From IMG/VR virus record IMGVR_UViG_3300017917_003379: a stretch of 64,000 nucleotides of DNA; one strand, written 5' to 3'. This DNA comes from a virus. Positions 9,788 to 19,663 of this stretch are shown here, one piece after another. Numbering within the stretch: position 1 is the first letter of the stretch; every line of letters starts with the position of its first letter. A program made the translations under genes and the position numbers. The notes beneath the pieces were generated by a model. The model had not been told where the DNA came from. It did not search any database and was given only the letters and a program-made list of their open reading frames with translations.

Positions 9788-10360
9788 ATGAGTAAAACAT
9801 TATTATTAGAAAAATATATTAAAGTTGCTGTTCGTAAAGCATTAAAAGAGCAAGAAGAACAACAACGTAAAGCAGAAAAAGCAATATATCTTGTATATCG
9901 TTTTCCTGGTTTGAAAAAAATAATGGAAGACTTAATGTCTCCTGCTTTTGGTCGTTATATTAATGATGTTGATATTGTTGCTCCTAAACCAACAACATTT
10001 AAAATTACCTTAATCAACAATCAAGATTTTACTGTTAAATACCTTGGTAAAGGTAAATTTAACATTAAAGTATCAGGCAAACAATACCATTCAGATAATT
10101 TAGGAGAAGCAGAACGTTGTTCTCAAGCTATAGCTGATTTATTAGAATTAAACTATTCAACAGCAGAAGGTAAAGAACAAACTAGCCCTACTCCAGGAGC
10201 AACTGAACCTGGTTCTACTTCTCCAACATCTTCAACAGAATTGGGTGCTGCTGAATTAGGTCCTGAATTAGCAGCAGCTGAAGAAACACCACCTCCTACA
10301 ACAGCAAGTACTCCTGAAGAAACACCCGCACCAGAAGAAGAAACACCAGCTGAAGCTTAA
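9788..10360 (+). CDS. Hypothetical protein with acidic Pro/Thr-rich tail
   Basis: YIKVAVRKALKE tag-like N-terminus; PEETPAPEEETPAEA tail. Confidence 0.75.
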   Translation: MSKTLLLEKYIKVAVRKALKEQEEQQRKAEKAIYLVYRFPGLKKIMEDLMSPAFGRYINDVDIVAPKPTTFKITLINNQDFTVKYLGKGKFNIKVSGKQYHSDNLGEAERCSQAIADLLELNYSTAEGKEQTSPTPGATEPGSTSPTSSTELGAAELGPELAAAEETPPPTTASTPEETPAPEEETPAEA

Positions 10361-10380
10361 AAATATTAAATATATAAAAT

Positions 10381-10581
10381 ATGTTAATTAACGAATTAAA
10401 AGCAATGCACCTCAGAGTAGGAGATGTTTTTACTATGAATGCTTCTTTAGGTAATTTTAAACAAGGAGAAGAAGTTACTGTTAAAAGTATTAAACCTTCT
10501 GGTGAGGACATAGTTGTTACTTTGTCTAACTCTAAAGGAGTAAAAGATGTTTTTTATTTTGATAAAAACGATGAAGTTTAA
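10381..10581 (+). CDS. Small hypothetical protein
   Basis: 66-aa ORF starting MLINE, codirectional. Confidence 0.6.
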   Translation: MLINELKAMHLRVGDVFTMNASLGNFKQGEEVTVKSIKPSGEDIVVTLSNSKGVKDVFYFDKNDEV

Positions 10582-10637
10582 AATTTGGTCTTTTAAATCT
10601 TCTTTTATATTTTTATGACCAATAAACTTTTACCGTT

Positions 10638-11390
10638 ATGGATAAGAAAATAAAAAGGCTATTTTTTGATATCGAAACAAGTCCTAATATAGGATTATTT
10701 TGGACTGCTGGGTATAAGCAAACAATAAGCCACGAAAATATAATCAAAGAAAGAGCTATAATATGTATTTGTTATAAATGGGCTGGTGAAGATAAAGTAT
10801 ATTCCTTAACGTGGGATGAAAATCAAAATGATAAAAAATTACTAGAACAATTTGTAGAAATAGTTAATGAAGCTAATGAAATTGTAGGCCATAATGGTGA
10901 TCGTTTTGATCTACCTTGGATCAGAACAAGATGTTTATATCACAGAATACCTATATTTCCTAATTATACTACATTAGATACTCTTAAAAATTCTCGTTCT
11001 AGATTTAAATTTAATAGTAATAAATTAGATTATATTGCTAATTTTTTAGGATTAGGAAAAAAAATTCATACTGGATATGATTTATGGAAAAAAATAGTTT
11101 TAGATAAAGACAAGCAGTCTCTAGAACAAATGGTAGAATATTGTAAAAATGATGTTATTTTACTTGAAAAAGTATATAATGAACTTTCACCATATATTCC
11201 TGCCAAAACCCACCACGGTATTATATTAGGAGGAGAAAAACATTCCTGTCCTGAATGTGGATCAATAGATATGAGATTCTCACAAAAACGTTATACTGCT
11301 TTGGGCACTCCTCGAATTCAACTTCAATGTAATTCTTGTCACAAATATCATACTATTTCTCAAAAAACGTATGAGTCTGTTAAAGAATAA
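10638..11390 (+). CDS. RNase H-fold (DEDD/YprB-like) 3'-5' exonuclease with C-terminal Zn ribbon
   Basis: FFDIET, GHNGDRFDLP, YCKNDV; CPEC..CNSC. Confidence 0.8.
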   Translation: MDKKIKRLFFDIETSPNIGLFWTAGYKQTISHENIIKERAIICICYKWAGEDKVYSLTWDENQNDKKLLEQFVEIVNEANEIVGHNGDRFDLPWIRTRCLYHRIPIFPNYTTLDTLKNSRSRFKFNSNKLDYIANFLGLGKKIHTGYDLWKKIVLDKDKQSLEQMVEYCKNDVILLEKVYNELSPYIPAKTHHGIILGGEKHSCPECGSIDMRFSQKRYTALGTPRIQLQCNSCHKYHTISQKTYESVKE

Positions 11391-11426
11391 TATTTATTGG
11401 CACAATATTTTAATTATATTTGCCAA

Positions 11427-11813
11427 ATGGAATTTATTACTGAAGTAAAACGTTTACAAAAACTAGCAGGAATATTAACTGAACAAGAAAAACAACCAGA
11501 AGAAGAAATTTCTTCTGCTGATACTCCTGAAACTCCATCTGGTTCTATTACTAAGGCTGAAGCAAAACAGCTTATAAAAGGAACAAAAGGTAAATTCTTT
11601 ACTGTTACTTTCATTAAAAAAGACGGCACTACTCGTGTTATGAATGCCCGTTTAGGTGTAAAAGCATACCTTAAAGGAGGAGAACTTCCTTATGATCCTG
11701 AAGCAAAAGGATTAATACCTGTATTTGATATTCCTAAACGTGAATACAGAATGGTGAATTTAAATACTATTATTAAGTTAAAGATTGGTAATAACGAATA
11801 CGATGTAAAATGA
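11427..11813 (+). CDS. SH3/WYL-like small domain protein with class C tag
   Basis: ITEVKRLQKLAGILTE; FFTVTFIKKDGTTRVMNARLG; ATG 11427. Confidence 0.6.
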   Translation: MEFITEVKRLQKLAGILTEQEKQPEEEISSADTPETPSGSITKAEAKQLIKGTKGKFFTVTFIKKDGTTRVMNARLGVKAYLKGGELPYDPEAKGLIPVFDIPKREYRMVNLNTIIKLKIGNNEYDVK

Positions 11814-11864
11814 TTAAACTAATCCACATAAATACGATGTAAAATGATTAAACTAACCCACATA
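11797..11864 (+). repeat. 34-bp tandem duplication at gene junction
   Basis: aatacgatgtaaaatgattaaactaa(t/c)ccacata at 11797-11830 and 11831-11864, 33/34 identical. Confidence 0.95.
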
Positions 11865-13883
11865 TTAGAAAATATACTATTTGAATATAGTCAAGCTCAA
11901 ATTGACAAAACTATTAAAAGATGGGAAAATGAACCTAACTTTGATAAAAATGTCGCTTTAAATTTAATAAAAACATTTGATAATAAAAAAAGTGGATTAT
12001 CAAGTAAATTAGATTTAGTAGTATTACCTGATAAACTAAAACAAGGGAATAATTATCTTAATATAGATCTATATTCATATGAAGATATGAAACGATTAAT
12101 AAATTCTATCCCTGAAAATCCTGAAACTGTTAAAAAAACAGCTATTAATAGATTTGTAGAGTTATTTGGAATAAATAAACAAACTGCTCAATCATATGTT
12201 GCTCGTTTTTTATATAATAAAGATAAATTAAAATTAGCAGCAAAAGAAGGACTAGAAGATATAGGAGTAACTAAAGAAGAAGTATTAAATTTAATCCCTA
12301 AAAAACTTCAACGAAATGAAGCATTTTTAGATCCACGTAACTGGAATTGGATTTCATTTGAACAAATAACAGATGCTCTATTCCCTAGTCAAAAAACTTC
12401 AGAAGATAATATTAACTTAGCTACTGCAGAAGGTGATAAAGTGTATGATAAAGATGGAATAGAAATATATAAAGGAGATGATATTCAAAAATGTATATCT
12501 TATAATCCTGTTATAGAAAAAACAAAAAAGAAAAAATACGGGTGGTGTGTAACTCAAGTAGGAAATACTAATTATGATTTTTATAGATTTAAAAATCAAG
12601 CCCCTACTTTTTATTTTGTATTTGATAGAAACAAACCTTCTAGCCCCGAACATGCTCTTTTTGATGATGAATGGCATGCTTTTGTAATACAAGTAACTGC
12701 TGATAAGAAAACATATATAGTAACAGGAGCTAATAATAGAAGAGATATTGATACTGGAGATAAAGGATGGGAAGGTATAGCAAACATAGTACCTCCTGAT
12801 ACATGGAATAAAATTAAAAATTTAAAAGATTATTTTGTACCTGTACCCTTATCTGCTGTAGAAAGAGCAAGAAAATATGCTTCTGGGATGGATTTATCTT
12901 TAGATGAATTTAAAGAACTTTCTCAAGATGAAAAGATATTATATATACAAGGAAAAGCTTCTAAAAATCAAATATCTACTGATATTTTAAAAATCTTACC
13001 AAAATATAAAATATCATATCAGGGTAAAACTACAACATTAGCTAATATTGCTATAGATAGTGGACAAGAAATTCCTTATTCTGTATTGAAAGATAACGAA
13101 GCTTTAGCTAAAAGATATGCTATATTTAGATTTAGACATACTAATTATGGTAATTTACCTATTCCCCTTCCTTTTGTAAAATATTTAGACGAACCTGCTA
13201 AAGAAAAATATTTAAAAACATTCGATAATAATCTTACATTTGAATATATAGAGAAATATTTTGGAGAAAAATCAGCTCAAAAATATGTAAATGAACAAAT
13301 CAAAACTCTTAACTATCTCCCCCCAGGTGCTATAAAATATATTACAGATCCTAAAATAAAAGATTTATATTTATCTTATAGTAAATTATTCAAAAATTGG
13401 CAAAATTCGGCTAATACTAATATTGATGAAGAAAGATTAGAAAATTCAAAACAAATGCCTATACAGGAAATCGATCCTGTTCCTATAATGTATGATGATT
13501 GGAAAGAATTTTCTAATAAAGAAAAACAAATTATATATAATTTAGCAAAAACTGCAGATAACAATACGGAAGAATATTTAACAGTTAGTTATGCTGTACC
13601 CTTCTTTTTACAAGATGGTGAACAAAAATACGCTCTACTCCCAGAAGATGATACTTATGAAAATTGGGTAATAACCGATATGAATGGAAATATAATATCC
13701 GAATTTAAATCAATCGAATCTATATCATTAAAAAATAAACCTGTATATGGTGGTTACCCAGATTATAGTAATATAGAAAATGCTAAAAGGATATATAAAT
13801 TGTCTGATTTGCAGATAAATGGTAAACCTGTTTCTTTAAAAGAAATAAAACGTATATTAAAATTAGCAGGAATATTACGTTAA
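11844..13883 (+). CDS. Large hypothetical protein, class A tag at N-terminus and class C tag at C-terminus
   Basis: MIKLTHILENILFE ... SLKEIKRILKLAGILR. Confidence 0.8.
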   Translation: MIKLTHILENILFEYSQAQIDKTIKRWENEPNFDKNVALNLIKTFDNKKSGLSSKLDLVVLPDKLKQGNNYLNIDLYSYEDMKRLINSIPENPETVKKTAINRFVELFGINKQTAQSYVARFLYNKDKLKLAAKEGLEDIGVTKEEVLNLIPKKLQRNEAFLDPRNWNWISFEQITDALFPSQKTSEDNINLATAEGDKVYDKDGIEIYKGDDIQKCISYNPVIEKTKKKKYGWCVTQVGNTNYDFYRFKNQAPTFYFVFDRNKPSSPEHALFDDEWHAFVIQVTADKKTYIVTGANNRRDIDTGDKGWEGIANIVPPDTWNKIKNLKDYFVPVPLSAVERARKYASGMDLSLDEFKELSQDEKILYIQGKASKNQISTDILKILPKYKISYQGKTTTLANIAIDSGQEIPYSVLKDNEALAKRYAIFRFRHTNYGNLPIPLPFVKYLDEPAKEKYLKTFDNNLTFEYIEKYFGEKSAQKYVNEQIKTLNYLPPGAIKYITDPKIKDLYLSYSKLFKNWQNSANTNIDEERLENSKQMPIQEIDPVPIMYDDWKEFSNKEKQIIYNLAKTADNNTEEYLTVSYAVPFFLQDGEQKYALLPEDDTYENWVITDMNGNIISEFKSIESISLKNKPVYGGYPDYSNIENAKRIYKLSDLQINGKPVSLKEIKRILKLAGILR

Positions 13884-13948
13884 AATATATAAGAATAAAA
13901 AAATACTATTAAATTAATCAATAACAACGAATAAATATAATATAAATA

Positions 13949-14806
13949 ATGATTAAGCTTTTAAATATATTACGTGAAATATTATTACAAGAACTAATTG
14001 ACAAGGAAGGTCATTTTCAGTTTCGTATATCAGAAAGAGGTAATGTGTTAGATATATTAAATTTGAATGATATTCCTCTTAAAGATTATAAATTTACTGA
14101 AGTAAAGGAAAAACTTAAAACTAATATTTCAACTGAATTGAAAGATAGAGCTGAAAGAATATTAGAGAAAGATATACCCTCATCTATTACTTATGGTATA
14201 GGTATTAAAATACTTAAACCTGTATTAGTAGTTGATGGAGAAAAATATCCTCTTAAACTATATGCTATATCAACTAAGGAAAAAAAAGACAAAGATGGAA
14301 ATGTTATTGAAAAAATAAAAAAAGATAACATAGGTACATTATATTTTGCTGTTGTTTCCGATAATGAAGCAAAAACATTAATGTTAGTAAATAAAGAAGA
14401 TGATAATGATTTATATTTTCAAATAAAGAATCATATAAATAGAAAAGGAGGATATAAAGAAGCTAAAATTTTAACCCCACCGAATTATATCTATGAAATA
14501 GATTTAGATGAATTGATGACAGGTATAAGTAAAACAAATCAAAATATAAATTTGATTGATCCTGCTACATTAGAATATACATTAAGAACAGATTATAGAA
14601 AAGATGCCAAATTTGTCCATAAAAAATATGGTACTGGAACAATCATCAATACATCATCAGGAAGTGGTGGAAAAGGAGATAGTAAAGGGAAACTAGATTG
14701 GATAGAAGTAGATTTTGGTAAACCTGTAGTAAAAGGAGGTAAACTAATACCATATCGTAGAATTGAAAACATATTAACATTAGTATCTCCTTTAATTAAA
14801 AAATAA
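13949..14806 (+). CDS. Hypothetical protein, class A tag
   Basis: MIKLLNILREILLQE; C-terminal HKKYGTGTI SH3-like segment. Confidence 0.75.
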   Translation: MIKLLNILREILLQELIDKEGHFQFRISERGNVLDILNLNDIPLKDYKFTEVKEKLKTNISTELKDRAERILEKDIPSSITYGIGIKILKPVLVVDGEKYPLKLYAISTKEKKDKDGNVIEKIKKDNIGTLYFAVVSDNEAKTLMLVNKEDDNDLYFQIKNHINRKGGYKEAKILTPPNYIYEIDLDELMTGISKTNQNINLIDPATLEYTLRTDYRKDAKFVHKKYGTGTIINTSSGSGGKGDSKGKLDWIEVDFGKPVVKGGKLIPYRRIENILTLVSPLIKK

Positions 14807-14853
14807 CATAAAAATAAATTATCAAGATAAACTATATATTAAAATATATAAAA

Positions 14854-15363
14854 ATGGAACAACACATTAATGAAATTCGTAGAATGCAACAATTAGCAGG
14901 TATTAATGAAATTAAAGTATCTCAACCGACAAATTCAAAAAATAATAATATTAGTTTATATAATTTTTTAAATAGACATATTGAAGAATTTGCTAAAGAT
15001 CAACTTCAAACAAATGAAAATTTATCAATATTTGTTTTTAATGAATATTATAATTGGGATACTAATCCTGCAAATTTAGAAGATGAAAATTATCCATACG
15101 ATACAGAATTTAAAGATATGCCTCAACCTATTCAACAAGATATGATAAATTATTTAGTAGAAAAAGGATTAGAATATTATGGGGAATGGAAATCAGAAGA
15201 AGATAACGATAAAACTTACGGAATAGAATGGAATTTAGATTACGGTATGGTATATAATTGGACAAATAAAGCCTACCCAGGACCTGCAGAAGATTTGCAT
15301 CATGGTTGGATTGAACAAAAGTTTAAAGGAATAATATTTTATGTTTTATATTTTAATGTATAG
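14854..15363 (+). CDS. Acidic hypothetical protein, class C tag
   Basis: HINEIRRMQQLAGINEIKVSQP. Confidence 0.75.
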   Translation: MEQHINEIRRMQQLAGINEIKVSQPTNSKNNNISLYNFLNRHIEEFAKDQLQTNENLSIFVFNEYYNWDTNPANLEDENYPYDTEFKDMPQPIQQDMINYLVEKGLEYYGEWKSEEDNDKTYGIEWNLDYGMVYNWTNKAYPGPAEDLHHGWIEQKFKGIIFYVLYFNV

Positions 15364-15396
15364 TTTTAATGAATAAGATAATATTATTATAAGTAT

Positions 15397-15424
15397 AAGT
15401 GCCTCATAAAGGTACTTTTTTTTT
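15397..15424 (+). terminator. Intrinsic terminator
   Basis: aagtgcct-cataa-aggtactt followed by T run. Confidence 0.65.
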
Positions 15425-15465
15425 GTCAAAATGAAATTTATATTTTTAACTTAAATAAATAAGTT

Positions 15466-15957
15466 ATGAATATATTCTATATCCACCCAGACCCAAAAAT
15501 AGCAGCTCAGCAACTGGCAGATGACCATATTCGTAAAATGCAGATTGAATCTGCACAAATGTGTTGTACTGCTCATTGGTCTGTAGGTAACGAAGCTCCA
15601 TATAAGCGAGCTCATTTTAATCATCCTTCAACAAAATGGACACGAGAATCTATTCAACATTATCGTTGGTTAGTTCAACATGGGTTAGAAATTTGCAATG
15701 AATTTATTAAACGTTATGGTAAACGTCATAAAACACAAGATGTATTAGAATGGTGTCGTGATAATGAACCTAATATTCCTGATAATGGGTTTACTCCTCC
15801 ACCACAATGTATGCCGGATGAATATAAAAAAGAAAATACTATAGAAGCATATCGTAAATTTTATATTAAAGATAAAATAAAAATTAAAGGATTAAAATGG
15901 GAAAAATTAAAAAACATACCAGAATGGGCTTTTATTGATATTTATTACCACAAGTAA
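15466..15957 (+). CDS. Pyrimidine-dimer DNA glycosylase family (DenV-related) protein
   Basis: MNIFYI..DP..AAQ..D.H..KM.IESAQM; HFNHPST.W; RYGKRH; PPQCMPDEYK. Confidence 0.7.
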   Translation: MNIFYIHPDPKIAAQQLADDHIRKMQIESAQMCCTAHWSVGNEAPYKRAHFNHPSTKWTRESIQHYRWLVQHGLEICNEFIKRYGKRHKTQDVLEWCRDNEPNIPDNGFTPPPQCMPDEYKKENTIEAYRKFYIKDKIKIKGLKWEKLKNIPEWAFIDIYYHK

Positions 15958-15969
15958 AAATAAAACATA

Positions 15970-16281
15970 ATGAAAAAACATATTAACGAAATTTATAGAA
16001 TGCAGCAATTAGCTGGTATTAATGAAATACGAGTAGCAACTCCTGGAAAGAGTCACTATTTGAATTTTTCTCAAAATGATGTAATTAATATTTTAACTAA
16101 TAACGAAATAGATATAGATGATGAAGAAGGAATAGATACAGATTCAGAAGAATGGATGGATGTGTTAAGTGATATAATTGGAAAAAATGCATATGATCAA
16201 GATAATTGGACTGAAGAGGATCATATGAAAGTTGGAAAATTTATAAAGGTTGTGGAAGAAATGGGCATTGAATTTATATAA
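15970..16281 (+). CDS. Acidic hypothetical protein, class C tag
   Basis: HINEIYRMQQLAGINEIRV. Confidence 0.75.
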   Translation: MKKHINEIYRMQQLAGINEIRVATPGKSHYLNFSQNDVINILTNNEIDIDDEEGIDTDSEEWMDVLSDIIGKNAYDQDNWTEEDHMKVGKFIKVVEEMGIEFI

Positions 16282-16318
16282 AGGTTATGGAAAAAATGAA
16301 TATTAAAATATAATAAAA

Positions 16319-16630
16319 ATGAAACAATATATTAACAAACATAGAATGCAGCAGCTAGCTGGTATTAATGAAATCAAAGTATCTCAACCTGTTAGAATGT
16401 GGGATTGGAATATTGAAGAATTTGGTTATTATGATCCATTAAATAAAACATTTACAGTAGAATCAGGAGATGCATTTGCTGATTATATGGATACAGAATT
16501 TCCTGATTGGCTTAATAATGAATATGTTGCTAAAAAAGGAATAGAAAAATACACTAAAGATATTAAAAACGCGGTAAAAAAAGAATACGGTTCTGATGTA
16601 ACAATTATAGGAGATAATTTTTCATATTAA
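16319..16630 (+). CDS. Hypothetical protein, class C tag
   Basis: HRMQQLAGINEIKVSQP. Confidence 0.75.
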   Translation: MKQYINKHRMQQLAGINEIKVSQPVRMWDWNIEEFGYYDPLNKTFTVESGDAFADYMDTEFPDWLNNEYVAKKGIEKYTKDIKNAVKKEYGSDVTIIGDNFSY

Positions 16631-16648
16631 TTAATTATTCAATATATA

Positions 16649-16752
16649 GACAGATTCATAGCCTGTCGCTTTAACAAAATATAACTGCAGCTGTGGCGCA
16701 CCAATAAGGTGCGCCATCTGTTTGTTTAGTCAAAATAAAAATATTAAATTTA
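16649..16752 (+). promoter_or_regulatory. Two hairpins followed by a Bacteroidota-type promoter
   Basis: gacag-attcatagc-ctgtc; tggcgcacc-aataa-ggtgcgcca; TTTG(16721)-N20-TAAATTTA. Confidence 0.55.
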
Positions 16753-16767
16753 AATATAAATAATAAT

Positions 16768-17292
16768 ATGGAACAAAAGAAAATTGTAATTATTGGAGCA
16801 GGAGTAGCAGGTATCAACGCTGCTACTAAACTAGTTGATAACGGTTATCCGGGTGAATTAATCACAATTATAGATAAAGGTAATGACCCACATAACCGCT
16901 TACCTGAAGAAGTAATGACAGGTATGTTAGGTGCCGGTGGTTGGAGTGATGGTAAATTAACTTATCACACTGCTATTGGTGGTCAGTTATCTAAATATTG
17001 TGGTGAAGAAAAAGCAATGGAATTAATGGATCAAGTTATTTCTAATTTTAGACGTTTTCATCCTAAACCAGAAGAAATATTCTGTTCTGATCCTCAGGAA
17101 GAACCTGAATTTATTAAACCATATTTTGGTTTGAGAATGTTCCCTGTATGGCATATTGGAAGTAATTATCTTCATCTCATTGCTTGTAAATGGTACGAAT
17201 ATTTATTATCGAAGGGAGTGAATTTCATGTGGAATACTGAAGTCACAGATATAAACTTTGATACTAATGAAATCGAATTTAAAACAAACTAG
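16768..17292 (+). CDS. FAD-dependent oxidoreductase, N-terminal piece of split gene
   Basis: IVIIGAGVAG Rossmann motif; GMLGAGGWSDGKL; HIGS. Confidence 0.85.
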   Translation: MEQKKIVIIGAGVAGINAATKLVDNGYPGELITIIDKGNDPHNRLPEEVMTGMLGAGGWSDGKLTYHTAIGGQLSKYCGEEKAMELMDQVISNFRRFHPKPEEIFCSDPQEEPEFIKPYFGLRMFPVWHIGSNYLHLIACKWYEYLLSKGVNFMWNTEVTDINFDTNEIEFKTN

Positions 17293-17923
17293 AATCTATA
17301 TTTACTTCTTAGAAAAGAATAATAATGTCTTTTATGTTGGTAAAACAAAAAATCCTAAACGTAGAGAATATGATTGGAAAAGAGAATTTGGAGAAGACAT
17401 TAATTTTAATTTAGTAGATGAAATAGAAGATAATAAAATAATATGGAAATTTTGGGAAAATTATTGGATTCAACAATTTAAACAGTGGGGTTTTAATTTA
17501 ATTAACCAAAACGAAGGTGGTGGTGGTTTAGATAAACATTCTGATGAAACTATTGAAAAAATTAGATCTAAAAAAATAGGTGTAAAACAAAATAGAACTA
17601 AAATTAGAAAAGATAAAGGATTAAAACATAATAAACAACAAGGTATTAAGATTGGTCGTCCTGAAGGATTTAGATACAGTGAAGAACTTAAATTACATTT
17701 AAGTAATAAAATGAAAGGACGTTCAAAACATACTGAAGAAGGAAAATATAAATTTGTAGATAATAAGGTTTATTCTTTTATTAATATAGATACTAATGAA
17801 GAATTTAATGGTATTAGATATGATTTTCAAAAGAAATATAATTTAAAATATAAAGGAATATATAATTTAATAACAAGTAAAGCAAAAACATATAAAAGAT
17901 GGAAAATAAAAGAATTAAATTAA
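17267..17923 (+). mobile_element. Free-standing GIY-YIG homing endonuclease with NUMOD-like C-terminus
   Basis: IYIYFL..FYVGKT..RR; E..WI..NQNEGG; HSDETIEKIR; inserted in oxidoreductase gene. Confidence 0.8.
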
Positions 17924-18315
17924 TAGATTTATTAGAAGAAACAATAAATTGGGATAGAGCATCTGAATTTTATGATACTGGCAATTATGTGACTATAAAT
18001 AAAGGTTATGGTATTATAGAGTTTGGTCTAGAAACACTATCAGATGGAGAAGAAGCATTATTCATTAATGATATTTCTATTAAACCGGAATTTCAAGGAA
18101 AAGGATATGGTTCTAAAATTATTCAAAGTGCTATAGAATATGCTAAAGAGCAAGGAATACCAGTAGCATTAAGAGCATCCGTAGGAGGGCATTATAATAC
18201 AAATAGTAATATGTCACAAGAAGATTTGATTAAATTTTATAAAAAATTTGGATTTGAAAATAGACCAGATCTATCAAATTTTGGGCACGATGATATTTTT
18301 ATGGTTAAATTTTAA
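17899..18315 (+). CDS. GNAT acetyltransferase with class A tag
   Basis: IKLIDLLEE; ISIKPEFQGKGYGS; LIKFYKKFGF. Confidence 0.85.
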   Translation: MENKRIKLIDLLEETINWDRASEFYDTGNYVTINKGYGIIEFGLETLSDGEEALFINDISIKPEFQGKGYGSKIIQSAIEYAKEQGIPVALRASVGGHYNTNSNMSQEDLIKFYKKFGFENRPDLSNFGHDDIFMVKF

Positions 18316-18326
18316 AAATAAATAAT

Positions 18327-19106
18327 ATGAAAAAAATAAAATACGACTCTCTTATATTTGCTGTAGGCAAATCAGGTATTGATTTTGCACAACAACTATC
18401 AAATGATTATAAACTACCAACTGAACCTAAATCAGTTCAAATAGGTGTTCGTTTTGAAGCACCACAAAAATACTTCCAGAAATTGATTGATGTATCTTAT
18501 GACTTTAAACTCTATCAAAAATTTGATAATGTATCTCTACGTTCATTCTGTACTAACAATAATGCAGCTTATGTGGCTGTTGAAGAGACTTATGGGGATA
18601 TAAGTTATAACGGTCATGCTAAGAAAGGTGAAGAATTTCGTAATGATATGACTAATTTTGGTATCTTGATGGAAATTAAAGGTATTGAGAATCCATTTGA
18701 GTGGTCACGTAATGTAGTTAAAAAACTACAGGTTGATGATTATGGAGGAATATATTATAGCCCTGATAAAGATCGTATGCCTTCTCTTACATCTGAAGGA
18801 GCACCTATCAAAACATTTAAAGTAGATAATTTAGGATTATTTAAATACGCAATGGGAGAATATGCCCAATATATAATTGATTTTATCGAACAAATGAATA
18901 AAATATTTCATTTTGGTAATGAATATGGTTTTTATGCTCCTGAAGTAAAATATCTTAGCCCTGAGCCTCTAGTAGATTATTCGAATCTTGCATTGGTTAA
19001 TTTTCCTAATATTCACTTTGTAGGTGATGCTTTAAGTGCTCGTGGTATTACAGTAAGTGGAGCGCAAGGGATATATGTAGCTGAAAGTATATTAAAAAAA
19101 GTATAA
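18327..19106 (+). CDS. FAD-dependent oxidoreductase, C-terminal piece of split gene
   Basis: YDSLIFAVGKSG; IGVRFE; RSFC; NGHA; YAPEVKY; FVGD..ARGI. Confidence 0.85.
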   Translation: MKKIKYDSLIFAVGKSGIDFAQQLSNDYKLPTEPKSVQIGVRFEAPQKYFQKLIDVSYDFKLYQKFDNVSLRSFCTNNNAAYVAVEETYGDISYNGHAKKGEEFRNDMTNFGILMEIKGIENPFEWSRNVVKKLQVDDYGGIYYSPDKDRMPSLTSEGAPIKTFKVDNLGLFKYAMGEYAQYIIDFIEQMNKIFHFGNEYGFYAPEVKYLSPEPLVDYSNLALVNFPNIHFVGDALSARGITVSGAQGIYVAESILKKV

Positions 19107-19148
19107 ATATTTAATTTTTGGTAATATTTATTAACACAATGATGGTAA

Positions 19149-19640
19149 ATGAAAAAATCAGAACTAAGACAAATAATCAAGGAAGAAATTACCAAAGTAT
19201 TAAATGAATTTGAAGATTTATCTATTAAAAATAATTATCTAGACAAAAATTTTTATGACCCTATAACAAAAGAATACTCAGAAGATGTAGTAGTGGATAG
19301 TAATAAAATATTTAAAGATTTATTAAAAACCAAAGTATATTATAAATCAAAATTACCATTATATCAAAACAATAAACCATTAACTGACTCTCAAATAGAC
19401 TCACTAATTGATACATTTGCTGCTAATGAAAGAGATATCATGATTTCTGACATACCTGATATAGATAAAGTAAAATGGATAAATAAATGGAAAAGGGTAG
19501 ATCTAGATGATTTAACTGATAATTTTATAAGTTTTGTAGAGGGTATATCTGAAAATTGGGAAGAATGGGAATTCCATGATGTTAATCAAACACGATATTC
19601 TGATAATTATCCATCAGAAAATAAATGGAACCAACTTTAA
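19149..19640 (+). CDS. Hypothetical protein, class B tag
   Basis: MKKSELRQIIKEEITKVLNE. Confidence 0.75.
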   Translation: MKKSELRQIIKEEITKVLNEFEDLSIKNNYLDKNFYDPITKEYSEDVVVDSNKIFKDLLKTKVYYKSKLPLYQNNKPLTDSQIDSLIDTFAANERDIMISDIPDIDKVKWINKWKRVDLDDLTDNFISFVEGISENWEEWEFHDVNQTRYSDNYPSENKWNQL

Positions 19641-19663
19641 TTAAAAATGAATACTCAAATAAA

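Noticed and set aside
16649-16690. preQ1-I riboswitch
   Set aside because: Only superficial likeness (5-bp stem plus UUAACAAAA); no clear pseudoknot pairing, it lies upstream of the predicted promoter, and no queuosine gene follows
17292-18327. Group I intron or intein in the oxidoreductase
   Set aside because: Insert is fully occupied by two ORFs, with no recognisable intron core and no intein termini; the C-half has its own ATG
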